This document shows positions 40,800 through 54,549 of a stretch of 64,000 nucleotides of DNA, piece by piece. The stretch spans positions 186,001 through 250,000 of the forward strand of contig NW_026931211.1 of NCBI RefSeq assembly GCF_032062105.1. Direction: 5' to 3'. Both the position numbers and the translations under genes were made by a program. Within the stretch, counting starts at the first letter, position 1; every line of letters begins with the position of its first letter. Source of the stretch: Saccostrea cucullata (Eukaryota). The notes beneath the pieces are model-generated. The model had not been told where the DNA came from and did not search any database. It saw only the letters and a list, made by a program, of their open reading frames with translations.

Positions 40800-41471
40800 C
40801 AGCAATTGTAGTAAATGTTAGAGATTCAATTAAAATTAATTTTTAAAAGTTTAAATTCTGTCACCCTTTGTCAAAGAAGAAGCTAGGCACTGATTTATGC
40901 GTTTTAAAAACTTTTCTATGATAGTTGTCATTGAGGAAATAAAAAATGGAAGTGACGAAACGAAGAGACAAATACTTGGAGTCGAAAAATGTGCAAACGA
41001 TCGACGTTACAATTTCATTAGAACATACAGACAAACAGACAGACAGACAGACAGATTAATCGCATCAGTAGTCTTTTTCTATATCTTGTAAAAATAAATT
41101 GATGTATTTTTAATGAAATCATGACTGTTCCAACAAAACTTCTAATATTTGTGTCACGATTTTGTCTGCCCTCCGATTTATAGAGCCGGAATCGATAGTC
41201 ATCTCTGAGTTTTTAAAAAGATAAGACAATAAGTAAAACTCCTTAAATTGTTAATATTTTTTATTTTAGCCTTTAAGCATTATAAATCGTCCAAATAGGA
41301 AAAACAAGACCATTACAATATGGCATAGATCGTTGCATTACAACCAATAAGACTATGAAAGCGGGTGGCCATCACAGTTCTCTGAATTTGTTGCTACATC
41401 TACCGTAATTTTTTATGTTCCCCGTATTTCATTTACTACATGTACCACTTTAAACAGGCTAAAATTCAGTA

Positions 41472-41878
41472 AATATATTATTATAACAGTAACTTGATCC
41501 GAAGGGTCGTATCACGTCGAGTTGACAGGCGCGGATCATCAGATCTAACGAGACGCGAAGCGTCGAGTTTGATCTGAAGATCCGCGCCTGTCAACGAATG
41601 ATAAATTTATTATATACCCCCTTATAACTAGCTAAATATAGCAGAATAAAACTTTAGAGATCAATTGTTTAATATTTATCCATAAAACAAAGCATAATAA
41701 CAAGGGACTTTTTCACGCGCAAGAAAAATAACGTCATGTTTTTGCGTACTACGTCATCAGTTTCAGAGAGTGGTGATTCAGAAAACCACAGTGTGGTGAT
41801 TCGGAAAATCGGAAAATCGGATCAAACTCTGTAAAATTAACAGTAACAAAAACAAGGAAATTGATGGGTATATAATAA
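41472..41878. mobile_element. Hairpin-bearing non-autonomous element
   Basis: Palindrome at 41521-41595 centred on acgcGAAgcgt. Occupies the position of about 17405-17848 in copy A. Confidence 0.5.
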
Positions 41879-43748
41879 AAGGATATATCGTTTGAATAAA
41901 AAAGGAACGATTATCATGTTCGCCTCACTGACCTTGATTTGAAATGATACATGGAGGTGAATAATGACCGATATCTTTCACATTGTAAGACAAATATTTG
42001 GTGGGGATACATTCTTCTCTATTTTAATTTTTTTTTTCCGAACATTTATTTCAACACATGTTTGCACCATTTTGAGGTAGGGGGAGCTCGATTTTTTAGT
42101 CATTCTAAGAGAAACAGGGAAATGTGGTAGAAGGAAGATTAAGAGAAGGATGTTTTAAAAACAGAAAGGAAACCTGCAAGATATCTGGTTGAATTCCGAT
42201 CGATCGTGGTGAAAACCAAGATTATTAAGCATAGAAAAAGATTACGGAAGCAAAATATATTTGGTTTCTTTTTTTGTTAGAAAACGTTTATAAAAGAAGT
42301 GAAATAACAAAAATAGAAAAATACAAAATATTTACAAAACAAGTGTTTTGCTCTGTATATCACCAAATTTTACAAGTGTTTTGTCATATTCATTCCAAAA
42401 ATATTAAAAAAAATTGATGATTTTCTTCGTTCAGGTAAGAATGAGATACAGCATACATTGATTAAAGAGTCTATATTTGGACAATTTGTATATTAAGGTA
42501 AATCCTTGAAAAGACTTATTTTGAACGCTTTGATTTTTTGTTAAAGCAATATGAGCTGCAAGTTTGACATGAGAAAATTTTGTTGAAAATTTGTAATTAA
42601 CTGATAAATAGAACATTTATAAACTTCTGTCATTCATATTTGCGTTGGACGAACTTTTTATAAGCTTTAATTGAAGCAAAATTACATGATTGTCGTCCTG
42701 TAGCTCATATTTTATCTATTGCTAAGTCGACAAATATTTATGGACATTTTTCATAATAAATGTTAGCCATAATTGTTTTCTCCATGAATAGTGAAAGGAT
42801 TATTTCATGCAGTGACCGCTCAACCGATTTTGCTCCCATCACAGTCCCATCATTTGGAGAATAAGAAAATAAAAACCATAAATCAACAGGACGATTTTAA
42901 TGCTTTTATTCTGTGTGATTAAACAAAAATGTTTTACTTCCAATGGAAATATATAACACAAAATATATTAAATATAACACAATTAATATTAGGTCGCTTT
43001 GGTACAATAAACGAAAAGGACAAAACAAAAGAAAAATTCAAAATCCGCGATATGTGCTGTTTCAGGCACTTGTAGGATGTTAGGAAAAGCATAAAATAGA
43101 GTAAAGCACATTTTTGTAAACATCAAAGGTCAAGCCATTCGTCAAACTCTTTTCGAAACTAAGGATCCTGAATGTATGGCACCAATTTGGTAGGACATAT
43201 TGAGTTGAATTTAATGATATTAATGATTCAGTTTCATTTCTACCCTGAAATGTTTAGAAAACAATGATAAAAATGCAGAGGTCTGTGTCTGATCCAGCAT
43301 AATATCGAGTACATATCACATTACAGGGTTAATATCACACTGGTTTGCTGTTATAATATCTTCCGGCTGATACCGAGTTACTGGACTAAGTATCTTTCGT
43401 CCTTTGAAATCGAGTTATCGTTCTTTACGCCGGTCAAGCAAGGCACCGTCAGCCGACACAAAGTTAAGTGAAAGAGAAACCAAAGTTTTTGGCTTTGTTT
43501 GGAGAGAAAGAAGACGCTTACACAAATTTGTATACATGTATATAACAATTTAAAAAAAAAACAAATTAATATATGTTCGAATATATGTTTATAATCGTAA
43601 TAAATGAAAAATAATACCGAATTTCAATTCACAAGACACGTTGCTCTGAAGTGCAAACGCGGCTCAGCAATGCTCATTGCATCGTATAAATGGCAGCATC
43701 ATTGATTGTTGTGTAGTAGTAAATGCTCACGTGACGGATGAAATAGTT

Positions 43749-46700
43749 TTACTTTTTCTCACTTTTCTTGAAGAACCCCTTTTTGAATATGGATGACCCC
43801 CTTCTCTCCTCCTTCTGCTGGGGACCATTTGTATCCCCCGGCTTTCTGTAGACGATCAGGTAGTTATAAATATTCGGCATCTCGTCCTCCTCCTTCCGTC
43901 GCCCAAACAAGCTCAGCATGTAGTTTCCGGTTTGTGGGAGATCTATGTGATACTTGATTGTCCCGCCTTTTTCTGGCAGCTTGGCGATGTTGTCCTTGAC
44001 GTCTGTATCTGGTTCTCGGAAAAACTGGTGTGTTACAATGACGTCATCCGGAACCTGAATTTCTATCGTGCACGTGTTTACATCAGTCAGTGTTATCTTT
44101 GGGTCTTTCGGGCTTACTGCTTTAATACCCAAAGACTCAAATGTCGGCTGCGGCCCCCATTTTTCCTTCTTTATTGTCGACTGCTGTTTTTCTATAGTTT
44201 TAGGAAGTTCTACTGGGTTTGCTACTTTAAGGCAGTTGATGAGGTACTTCATGGCGTGAGACAAGGTGGTGTTTTCCCCCGCCTCTTTGGGACGTCCGTA
44301 AATATCCAGTCCGTACTGTCCGACCTGGGGAAGAGTCCCCGTGATATGAATGATGTCTTTCTCTACTTTTGTGGATATAAAAGTATCCAGGGTCTTTGTA
44401 TCCACATTGTTCATCTTAAGTTTAGCGACCACGTGCAGAGGGCGTGGCATTTTCAATTTGATATCGAGGGTATCATCCACGTTCAGGATTCCGGCCTTGG
44501 GGTTTTCTGGAGGATCGTCCCCAGAAGAGCTTCCACTATCTGACATCCTATCCCCTTCACTAGAATCTGGTGAAGATCGAGATTTGGGGGATTTCCCTGG
44601 CCTTGTTTGAAGCACCTTTAATCCAAAATGTCGGTAGGCTTTTTTCGGTCCCCATTCCCCTGATGCACAGTCGGGAAGAGGGTACATTTTACCACTAAGT
44701 GAGTTGCATACGACTTTGAACTTACATGTACACTTTAGTCTGAAGGGAGAAATAGATGTACCCGTGGTCTCCTCAGCGTTTATAAGTCTACTGCTTTCTT
44801 CAATTTTATTTGCAAACACTTCAAAGAAATATTCCCCCACCGCCGGGACGTGTATACTGAACATGACGGTATTGTCTAACATGGTCTGAAACACGAATCT
44901 CTCCAGATTCGCTCCTTTGTATGTTGCCTCCTGTCTTTTCTCTTTGTCTGCGTATCTCATCTGATAATAAAACACCAGATCATTCTCGAATTCTTCTGGG
45001 ATTTTTATCTTGACTTCAGTCCCTCCCTTCTCTGAGGTTTCTAACACGGCGGTCAAGCTCTTCTCAAACCTCATGCCGTAGTGGAAGAAGATAGAGCGGA
45101 CGAACGGAAGTGCTTCGAATTCCTCTAGAGTAATGGGGCTTTCTAGAAGCTGCCATTTTTGATCCGCGGCCCAGAATTCTTGGATGAACTCGTCCGGGTC
45201 TGTCAGGAAGTAGTGCTCGTCATACTGATAGCGGATCTGGTCCTTTGACTTGGGTTTGGGTTTGTCCTTACTCTTCTTGTCTTTGTTGAGCACCAAGTGT
45301 CTGAAAAAAAATAGATAATGTCCATGCCAAAATGTCTCTTTCACAAATCATTACAATACCCGAAAAAGTTTACATATTCGATTTAGAGCAGTCTGCGTAG
45401 AATTGGCAATTTCCCTTTTCTTAAAATCATAATTTTACTTCTCACAGCAACAAATATAGTGCAGTGTTATCTTAATCCAAAAATGTTTATGTTACCGCGT
45501 TTACACTGTAAAAAATGTGTTTAGATGATAGACACTTTCCTAAGCACTTTCTTGTCACACTTTTTTTGATGCGTTGAAATTCTAAACACATTTAATTTCA
45601 TTACGTGTAACGGAAAGTGTTTAGACCCTAAACACTTACATGTTTAGACTTTAAACACTTTACAAAACATGTTATGATACATGTTTACAAATTAAACACT
45701 TGGATGTTTTCGTTGTCTTCCTGCAAGAAAACTGAAAAAATAACAAGTGTTTACATTTTAAATTTTATTCAATGAACATTCAAACATGGATTTTTTATAA
45801 AGAATTTTAAATTAAATATACATTAAATTTTTACACGCTGGTTTTAATTCTAACCAGATTAGCAAGCAGTTATTGCTCATGTCTGTATCAAGTTTAACTT
45901 CCAGCAATTTTTCACTGAGCAACACACGCATAATTTGTTTTCATCTGTGACCGTCAGTAGGTAATCCACTGTCATTATTTGAGAATATTTTTAGGTTGTT
46001 CAAAGCTATAACGAACAGCAGACTTCACAAAACTCAGTTTCCCCAAAAAGTAAGAAGTGTTGAATAATGTAAGAACGATGGCAAGTCATTGTGGACTTGG
46101 AGATGGCAACAGTTTCTCTGATACGTGTATTTTTGCTTTCAAGTTCGATGTGGACCATATCCTGTAAGAAAGAAATTCAAATTTTATCAAAATATGCTTT
46201 TCAATGGCTGGATTTGAATGAACCTTTTTTTTTTTACATGTTTGATAGCTATTATTGTGCTACTTTTATTGAACCTCGTCTATATAACCACTATTTAGTA
46301 TTGATACTGTTATAGATATTATTGATATTCTATAGATATAATGTACTCCTTTCTAGATTTCAGGAATACAAAATATAACCGAAGGTAATCTTGATCTACA
46401 GCTACATGTGCAAACGCATGTCTATTTACGTAGCCCATCATGGTCAATTTATGTAAAATAAAAATAATAGTTAACATACCTTTTATCGGAGTAATGTTGC
46501 AGTTTAAATGCATTTCACAATCTCTTCATGGTTATCACTTTGATTAGCATTCACTTCCTTTAATCCATCTTCTTTAGCTAACATTGGGATTTCCTTTGTT
46601 TCGATAACCGCTCTATTTATCATTCGAATATATATGCGTCATTTCCGGGAAGATAACTCTGCACTTCACAGAAAAGTGTTCAATTTCTAAACACTTATAT

Positions 46701-49700
46701 CTAAACATGTGTTAAATCTTAACATCATTTAGATATAACACATGTTTAGATATAAGTGTTTAGCCGTTAAACACAATCTAACACAACCTAAGTGTTTAGC
46801 CGTTAAACACAATCTTATACATGTTTAGGTCAAAACACGTAATGGAAGTGTTTATTTTCTAAGCGCATTTTTTACAGTGTAGTCTACATTCTATAAAATA
46901 ATTTTACCTCGCTCCCCAGTTACACTGCACCAGCCTCCAGTCCCCGTCGATGAGCACGGCATTCCAAGTATTCTGGAACTGATCGGGTTTGATCTTCATC
47001 CCCGGCTCATATCCCACGCTTTTGGAATGTCCTTTGATCTCCTCACAATGGAGACCTGCGTAACTAAAAATAGACATTATGAAAGAAAGTGTTCAGAATA
47101 AAATACGAGTTATTTGAATCAATGTCTCAATCTTGTTCATTCCTCCGACAATTGTTTTTAATTTAAGACACTTTTTTAACATTGTTGAAAATCTTCACTT
47201 CTAATATAGGAAATTTAGCCTCATTCCTTTCTTTTTAACTCTGTATGTCTACAATCTAAAAATAAACTATACAACTCAAATTGAGAAAAAATAGACCGGA
47301 ACTTTCTTCAGATCTCATTTACCTGCAAAGCCTCATGAAGAGCACGTGGTACGTCTCTGTCCCGTATTTAATTCCCCTGAGGAGTCCCATTGGCGTGTCA
47401 GTCTCAATACTCTCCTCAAATTCCATCACATTTAAATCTTTCACCGTAACCCAGCGGTAGATCGCCCTGAAATAAGCATTATGCTTAACATTATATTGAA
47501 TCCCTTGACCACGACATGCAGTTCTAGATTGCACCGAAAGTTAATTGTCTTCATGTGTTTACATCACTCCTGCCAAGATTAAAACTAGTATTACATACTT
47601 GTGTGAGTTGAACAAAACCTCTCGAACACTCTCAATAATTTTCTGTGAGATCTGAGAATTACCACCAGACCTTCCCTCTCTATATCAAAGAAATTTTGTC
47701 TTTGAAATATAATTTTTGTAAGTTGTAATGAATTTTGTTGTATCCTTCTCACCACTACTGCCATCTTTTGTATCAGTATCGGAATGGCAAACATTAAAAT
47801 CACTTCATTAGTGAAGTGAGTGTAGTATAGTTTAAGTGTCCAGCATAGAATCAGTATCTGTTAGGCTTCCCGTCTAAATAATGATTCCCTGATATAAATA
47901 CTTTTATTTTCAATCAGCAATCATATTTTCAATTTAAAAGTCTATTTTGATCTGGCCAATCTGAAAAGGATTCCAATCCGTCACTATAGAAATCCTCCGC
48001 CATCACTCCATTAAGATAAGTAGATGTGTGTGATTTATTAAGGACATTAAGTGTACATCTAGTTCCTCTAATGTCGGCCTATTTTTGGTCACCAAACCTG
48101 AGCGATCTTACCTGGCCTTCTCCAAATCCGTGACCAGGTTTTCTGTCAGCTGTTGAACCAAATCTGTGTACGTCGGCTGTTCATTCTCTGCAACCTGTGG
48201 TAGAAAAATGTGTTTTCAAACTTTACAATTAATTCTAATCCAGATTACCTGAATTGTCTAATTGCAACATACAAATGATATAAAACAACCGTTTAGTATA
48301 CTGACCTTAATTGTTTGTTCATCAATGTCATTGAACTGTGAGGGGTCCACGTACAGGTCTTTCTTCCTGCAGGATGGGGGGTGGGGTGAGGGAATTTCTG
48401 TGGGGGCGACAGGGATAATCTCCAAGGCCTCCATCGCTTCCTCTATTTCTTCTGTCTCTCCGTTAGGTGTTCCCCCTTCCACTTTCTATATTAACAATAT
48501 ATTCTCTCTTTAACAAAAGTGATAAGATCACTAAATAGCTAATTAAGAGAAAGTTAGAGCATAATAAAGTTTTAATAACTTGGTAATAGAAAATCTACAA
48601 GACTTGTCTTCAGAAAATATCAGCGTGTAATAATTTGGACCACTGGCTATTTACATGAAGTAGAAAGACCCAAAATAAAAATAAATATAAAGATGCATGA
48701 AAATTTTAAGTTAGGTTAGTACTTCTTTATAACCCCCCCCCTCTTCTTGAATGATAATTAGTGCTGCGCTTATCACGTGATTTCACTGAGGGTACTTTAT
48801 AACCCTGTGAAGTTTTACTCACAGATTCGGCGGCCATTTCCTGCTTTAGTTCCTGTTTGAGTTCGTCCTGTTTCTGAGCCAGTATTTCCAACATCTGACG
48901 ACTCTGTCGCGCCACCATCGTCGCTGTTTTCTTTTGTTCCTTCTCCTTCAGCCTCAGTGTCATCGTCTCCTGCTTCTTCTTCTTTTTCTCCTGAATGACG
49001 ACTTCTATCTCTCTCTTCTTGTTCTCAAAGTGTATCGTCATTTGCTAAAAAAAAAAATAAAAACAATGGAAATTGAAATTCTATTTCTATATCAAAAGTT
49101 TAAAATATGTTTTGTATGCAATTCAAAAAGATGCTTGTGTGGAAATCGAGGTTAATGAACAATTGTCTATCATGGCTTGATTATTTTATGCTTCATGTCA
49201 AATGTGAAGGTTTGAACTTTGAAAACACTGCTGAAAGCAGAAATCAACATACAAAGCCCCTTGAAAAAAAGGTCAAAATTTTTAAAACCAAAATATTTAA
49301 TACATGTACATATATATTCATCATGTTTTAATCTTTTATAAAGTGGGGAGCACCTGGCATTCTTAATTTTAAATATGCACAAATATATCCCAAACTACTT
49401 CTTGCAAACGATACCGGTTTTTTTTTTTTGTACATTTTTTAATTTCATATCAATATAAATACCTTTCTTTCGCTGTCCTTCATCTTTTTCTTCTTTTGTC
49501 CAAATTCTTTATCAAATTTTTCCGTTAATTCTTTCAGTCTGGACTCCCATTCATGTTGCAGTTCCGCCGACAGACGGCGCTTTTCCTGCTTTCTCTCATT
49601 CTGAAATTCGTCCAGTAGACGATCTTCCTCTCTCTTGTATTCTGCCTCCAGACGGCGCTGTTCCTCGATCAACTTCTTGCGCTTCTTATACTGTAAAGAA

Positions 49701-52700
49701 AAGGAAACCAGTATATACACAGCATACAATATGATTTAATATCAGGTATATTAAGGATAACATATTCAGTAAGGAATTTATTTTTTATGACTACTTTGAA
49801 GTAAGTTCGACGGACGTCCTGTAAAAGCAGGTCTAAATTCTGTAATGAGTCGTCAGTTTGTCATAAATTGTTACACTGCAATGCTAACACACACATACAC
49901 ACACTTATTAAAAGATATTTTGGAAATAACAAACAAATGTAAAATCAAATGCTCATAAAACAATACAAAATAGGAGCAGAGCAAACACGGACCTCCAAAA
50001 CATCAGAGGTGGGATCAGGTGCTATGGAGGAGTGATCATCCCCTGCTGACCAGTCACTAGGACTGAGAAATAACAAAATCTATGTTGCTTATTTTTAATT
50101 TTAGTGAGCTCAAACTTTATTTGGTGTATGAATTAACAGACAAATGTACCTTCCAATCTTTGAATTAAATTTCAATCCATTCATAATTTTTTTAATAACT
50201 TTTATTGATAATGCATGGATTATATTATGTAATAAGCTTCACAACTTGTGTACTATTTCTGCTATTCAAATGGCTAGATTTTATCAACTTTTAAATATAG
50301 CAAATATCCAGGAAAAATAGATCTATATGCAAAGAAAAATGAATTCTTGTAAATCTCAATTAATATTGTGTTTGTGTTTCGCATATTTTCTTTAATATTG
50401 CTGGAAACATTGACACTGTATTTTTTTTTTAAATTATTCAAACTCGATCCTCTTATACTAGTATGCAGGGCGGTGGCAATCCTAGAATTAGCTGCAGATC
50501 TGTAGTGTTACGGTTAAAATATATTTGTCTTTGACCATAACGCTACAGATCCGATAATGCAAAAAAGGTGCAATATACATCGCAATATTTTTTGCGTACT
50601 TTTGGGAAGAATTTCTCCACTGCAGCTATCCTAGAATGCACATGCCTGCAATATTTTCTAAAATTAACAAACATTGCACGTCTTAAAGGTACATGTATAC
50701 ATATTTTATGTGAATGTTTATCGTTGTGCAATGACCCATGGGCATATCGTTTGAAGTCTTCTCTTCACGTTTTTGGCTACATATCCCCGGTATTAATGTA
50801 TAGTTTTGTTTTTCATGTCATGGCCCACCTTAACCTTGGTTTGTGCGGGGATTCCTAACACGGGACTAAATACAGGGTTTGGTCCTTATGGTCCTACATG
50901 TATCCTTTTGGCTTGTGGCATAAAAAATTCCTGATGCAGCGATTTGATGTATATTTAGGTAACACGTCATTTTCATTCATACCTTAATTCTTCCTTGAGC
51001 AGAGTATGAAAGAATCGTAATTTCCCAGTCTATTTCAAAGAATGATTACATGGCCTTATTTAAAATTAACAATAAACCTTGTGTATTTTAAATGAATATA
51101 AACCTATCCGTTTACAGAATTAACCTGAATGTTGGCGCCTGTGAATACAGACTTCCATTTCAGCAGAAGTTTTCTTTTTAACAATTTTCTTTAAAAATTT
51201 TACTTCCATATATGAGTTTTATTTTGTGTATGTGAGTTTTTTTGCGCATGTATAGAAGATCAATAATTTGATCTTAATTAGCACACAACTGTGATATACA
51301 GCTGGAAAGTTTACGAGTTTCTGGGATTTCCGGTCGAAGACTCGGAGGCAATAAAATATCTATTAATATGACATCTGTAGTCTGTCTATTTTATGTCGAT
51401 ATTACGGGACGAAAATACAATACCAAAAGTCATAAAGATGTCGTGCTCGGGATTTTACGCGCCAAAATCGACAGTCATCCCCTGGGGTGGTGACAGACAC
51501 GCTAGGGCACAATGACCTTCTGAACATGTACACAAGTTTCTTTTGTTTAAGTTACATACAAACCAGACGATTAGAAATCTACATGCTGTTAAAATTAATT
51601 GTGTGATTTAATAATATTCATACATCCCAAATAAGGTTTTAATTTAATGTGTCTAGATAATTTTTTTTATTCCAATGTCTCTATTTTATTTTTGTAGGAT
51701 TTCAGTAGAAATTCGTGATTGTCCCAAATAAATGAAAGAAACCTGAGAATTCCTAACCGAAGCGATTGTTGGGGGTGACAGAACCGTATCGTGACTGGGC
51801 GAGCACACACATGAAAAACTTGGAACTTTTATCTTAATGAAAGCGACTTATGCTCCAAACACTGTTAAACTTCACCCTGGTTTTATTCCTGCCTAGAGTT
51901 TTAGAGATGTTTCAAGAGATCGGCAGCATTTAAGACAACACTGTGTGTCTAATCGCCGCGTTAATCACTGCCGGGTACTTCTCTGTTTCTCGATACAATG
52001 ACGAGGGGGGCTCTTTAATTCCAAAACAGAAGTTCACCGGGTACTCCTGAGAAACAAACAGTGGCATTAAGGGCCACGTAATTCCGATAATCTCTTACGA
52101 TTACAGAGACACCACGCTAATCCAAAGTCAGGGGCTTAATGTAATCCACATTTCTGTAGTTCTCAAGTGAATTACTGAGTAGGTTTTGGTCATAATTTCA
52201 ACTTAATGTTCATATGAACCACCCCTCTTCCCGCGCCCACCTTCTCGCAAGTCTTACATTTACTGTTGGTAGTCACCTGCGTGGCGCAGTGGTGAGAGCG
52301 TCCGCTCTAGAGTCGGAAAGTAAGGAGATGATCCTTTTGTCGTGGGTTCGAATCCCACTGGGGGACGTGGAACCCAGCCCTTCGGATGAGACCGTATAAA
52401 CCGAGCTCCAATCTCAAAGACACGAAAAAGATCACTCAATGCTCAATGGCCGTTAATGACAACTTTGTCATGTTGTAAATTTTGTATTTACTGCCATCCG
52501 GATGACACGAATATAGGACAAAATTTGCAGCTCTCCACCGGCAAGTGGTGGCGTCTCCATGTGAGTGAAAATTCTCGAGAGAGACGTTAAACAACATATA
52601 AGTTTACAAACTTAAATGCATACTTTGAAAGTGTAAACCAACGAAAAAAGGTAAAACCCAATTCTATGTGTATATATTTACAAAAAATTATGCAGCCTAT

Positions 52701-54549
52701 GTTTTGTGTATGTGTTTAACAAATCAAATCATTCGCGTGTGACAGTGGGAAGACGAGAGTCGTCTGAATAGTCGACGGATACGATGGCACATTTCTTTGT
52801 ATTTTACAAAGTTAAAAAATTTATATTTGCTCTTGTCTGCAATAAAACTGGTACTAGAATATCACCTGTACAAACGGTCTTTAATCAGTTCATCTGCACT
52901 TTTAATATAAATATAAGTGTACCCTCTCTCTTAAAAAACATTAAATGAATAACTTTACATGTTTACCACGCTTCCTACATTTGTGGAGTTAATTTTAAGT
53001 GTTTATTTCCATGATAAAAACAGTCCAGCTCTAATGGACTTCTCAGACCATGAAATCTGATTAGCTCCACCATTCTCCTGTGACAGGGGGGTATAAATAT
53101 AGACTCTAACCTGCTCAACAACTTCTCTTATGTCAACAGTCTTCAGTCCTTTTTATGGGCCCCGTATCAACTTTTTCATTAACAAAAGACTTGGAAATCC
53201 ACTTAAGAAAGTGTTGACGTACAATACACATTATATCCCCTCCTGTCAAGCCACGCTCGGTATGTAAAACATCAAAGATGTTATGTATATATTGTTTATG
53301 ATAAAGGTATTCCCCATACAGATATGATTTCAGTTTACCTAATGAATAACATGGGAATTACACCAAGAAAGTAACTAGGGCTATCGCGATTGAGCCTGAT
53401 TGTGCTGTTTTCTTTCGGAGTGACCGGCTCCGAGTTGTCCGGGGAGTTATCGGGGTCCGGGGACCCTCTTGTTTGTCGGGGTTTGATACACAGTATGTAC
53501 AATAATCCTCGGCAAACACAAGCCGATTAGATCTGTTTGGATTGTAGTGTATTCACAGTATTGGTAATCAATAAGAAACGCATGAATAAAACATGCCACG
53601 ACTAAGGAAAGAACTCGTGGCTGTTTACTAGCATTAAATAATGTGAGCTGGGAAATTTTATAGAATGAAAAAGTTATGAGAAATGCAAGTTCATGTTCGT
53701 GACAACCCCCCCCCCTCAACGAACCAACCATGAAAATGTGTTGTGATTTCAAAAAACTTTGACAGATTAAGGGGAGATGTAAGCAAGAAATGTACTCTGG
53801 ACAATTGTGGGAGGCCGCCCGGGGAGGGTGTTCGGAGTTCATAAATCACTAAAAATCAGACTGGTATAGAAATGGAGAGGGGGTGGTTCTGGGGATACTT
53901 TCAATATTTGGCGGGTAGTGATGGAGATACTTACAATATTTGGCGGGTAGTGATGCTTGTCGAGTTTGCGCTGGTAGCCCTGTCGGAGAAGTTGCGCCTC
54001 TATGGGGCCCTTTATGTACAGAGCATTGGCGTCAATATCCACCCCCTTGTGAAGAGATTCAGCTGTTGCACGCTCCGCCACGTAATCCTGGGTTTTGGGG
54101 ACGGTGGTGGCACGTTTGATTGCCACCGCCTCGTAATTATAGTTAGGTTTCCTCAGGGTTCCGGCCAGACGAACCTCCGAGTTCATCTTTTTACTCATCT
54201 TCTTGTAGACATTTTGACTGTTGATGGCGTTTTTGATTCCCATGGCTCGTTCGTCAATGTGTGTCCCCCCGATTCGAGGAACGTGCGTCCCACAGTATAC
54301 CTCGCGATCCGAGGCATCGGTCTGATTGGAGAAATAGTTCTTGATGGTCAGAAACTGACCACAGACTACACACTTGAAACAGTTCCTGTGGAACACTACT
54401 TCGTGGACCGGGCCGATCTTTTCTGCGTGGTATACCTGTGCTTTACACCTGTGACAGGAGTTACCTTCTGTCAGGGTGGGGCGGAAAAGGGAGGAGAGTC
54501 GTTGGTACCCCCGTTCCACGGATTGTGATTCCGCCGTGGCGACTGCCAT
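43749..54549 (-). CDS. Hillarin/KY-family LIM, coiled-coil and transglutaminase-like protein, about 1059 aa. Exons 54549-53935, 49690-49463, 49044-48823, 48485-48306, 48194-48112, 47466-47323, 47063-46908, 45300-43749
   Basis: LIM CHRC..FHRNCFKCVVC..YCGTH; core DLEKARAIYRW, KGHSKSVGYEPG, TWNAVLIDGDWRLVQCNWGA, DEHYFLTDPDEF, WQLLESPITLEEF. Exon phases sum to 3180 nt open. Confidence 0.92.
45504..46879. mobile_element. Non-autonomous CACTG-terminated DNA transposon (EnSpm/CACTA-like) in an intron
   Basis: ta|cactgtaaaaaatg ... cattttttacagtg|ta, with subterminal tgtttaga/taaacac repeats. Confidence 0.75.
50489..50628. mobile_element. Small MITE with a perfect 9-bp TSD
   Basis: tcctagaat|tagctgcag...ctgcagcta|tcctagaat. 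Confidence 0.7.
52273..52595 (+). mobile_element. tRNA-derived SINE
   Basis: A box tggcgcagtgg, B box gggttcgaatccc, body shared with 6128-7166, tail gttaaacaac. Confidence 0.75.

Noticed and set aside
52273-52365. Functional tRNA gene
   Set aside because: Extended A-B box spacing, poor stems, and continuous with a SINE body and tail
53447-53842. Alternative coding exon in Hillarin-like intron 1
   Set aside because: No recognisable motif and no compatible splice sites or phase found
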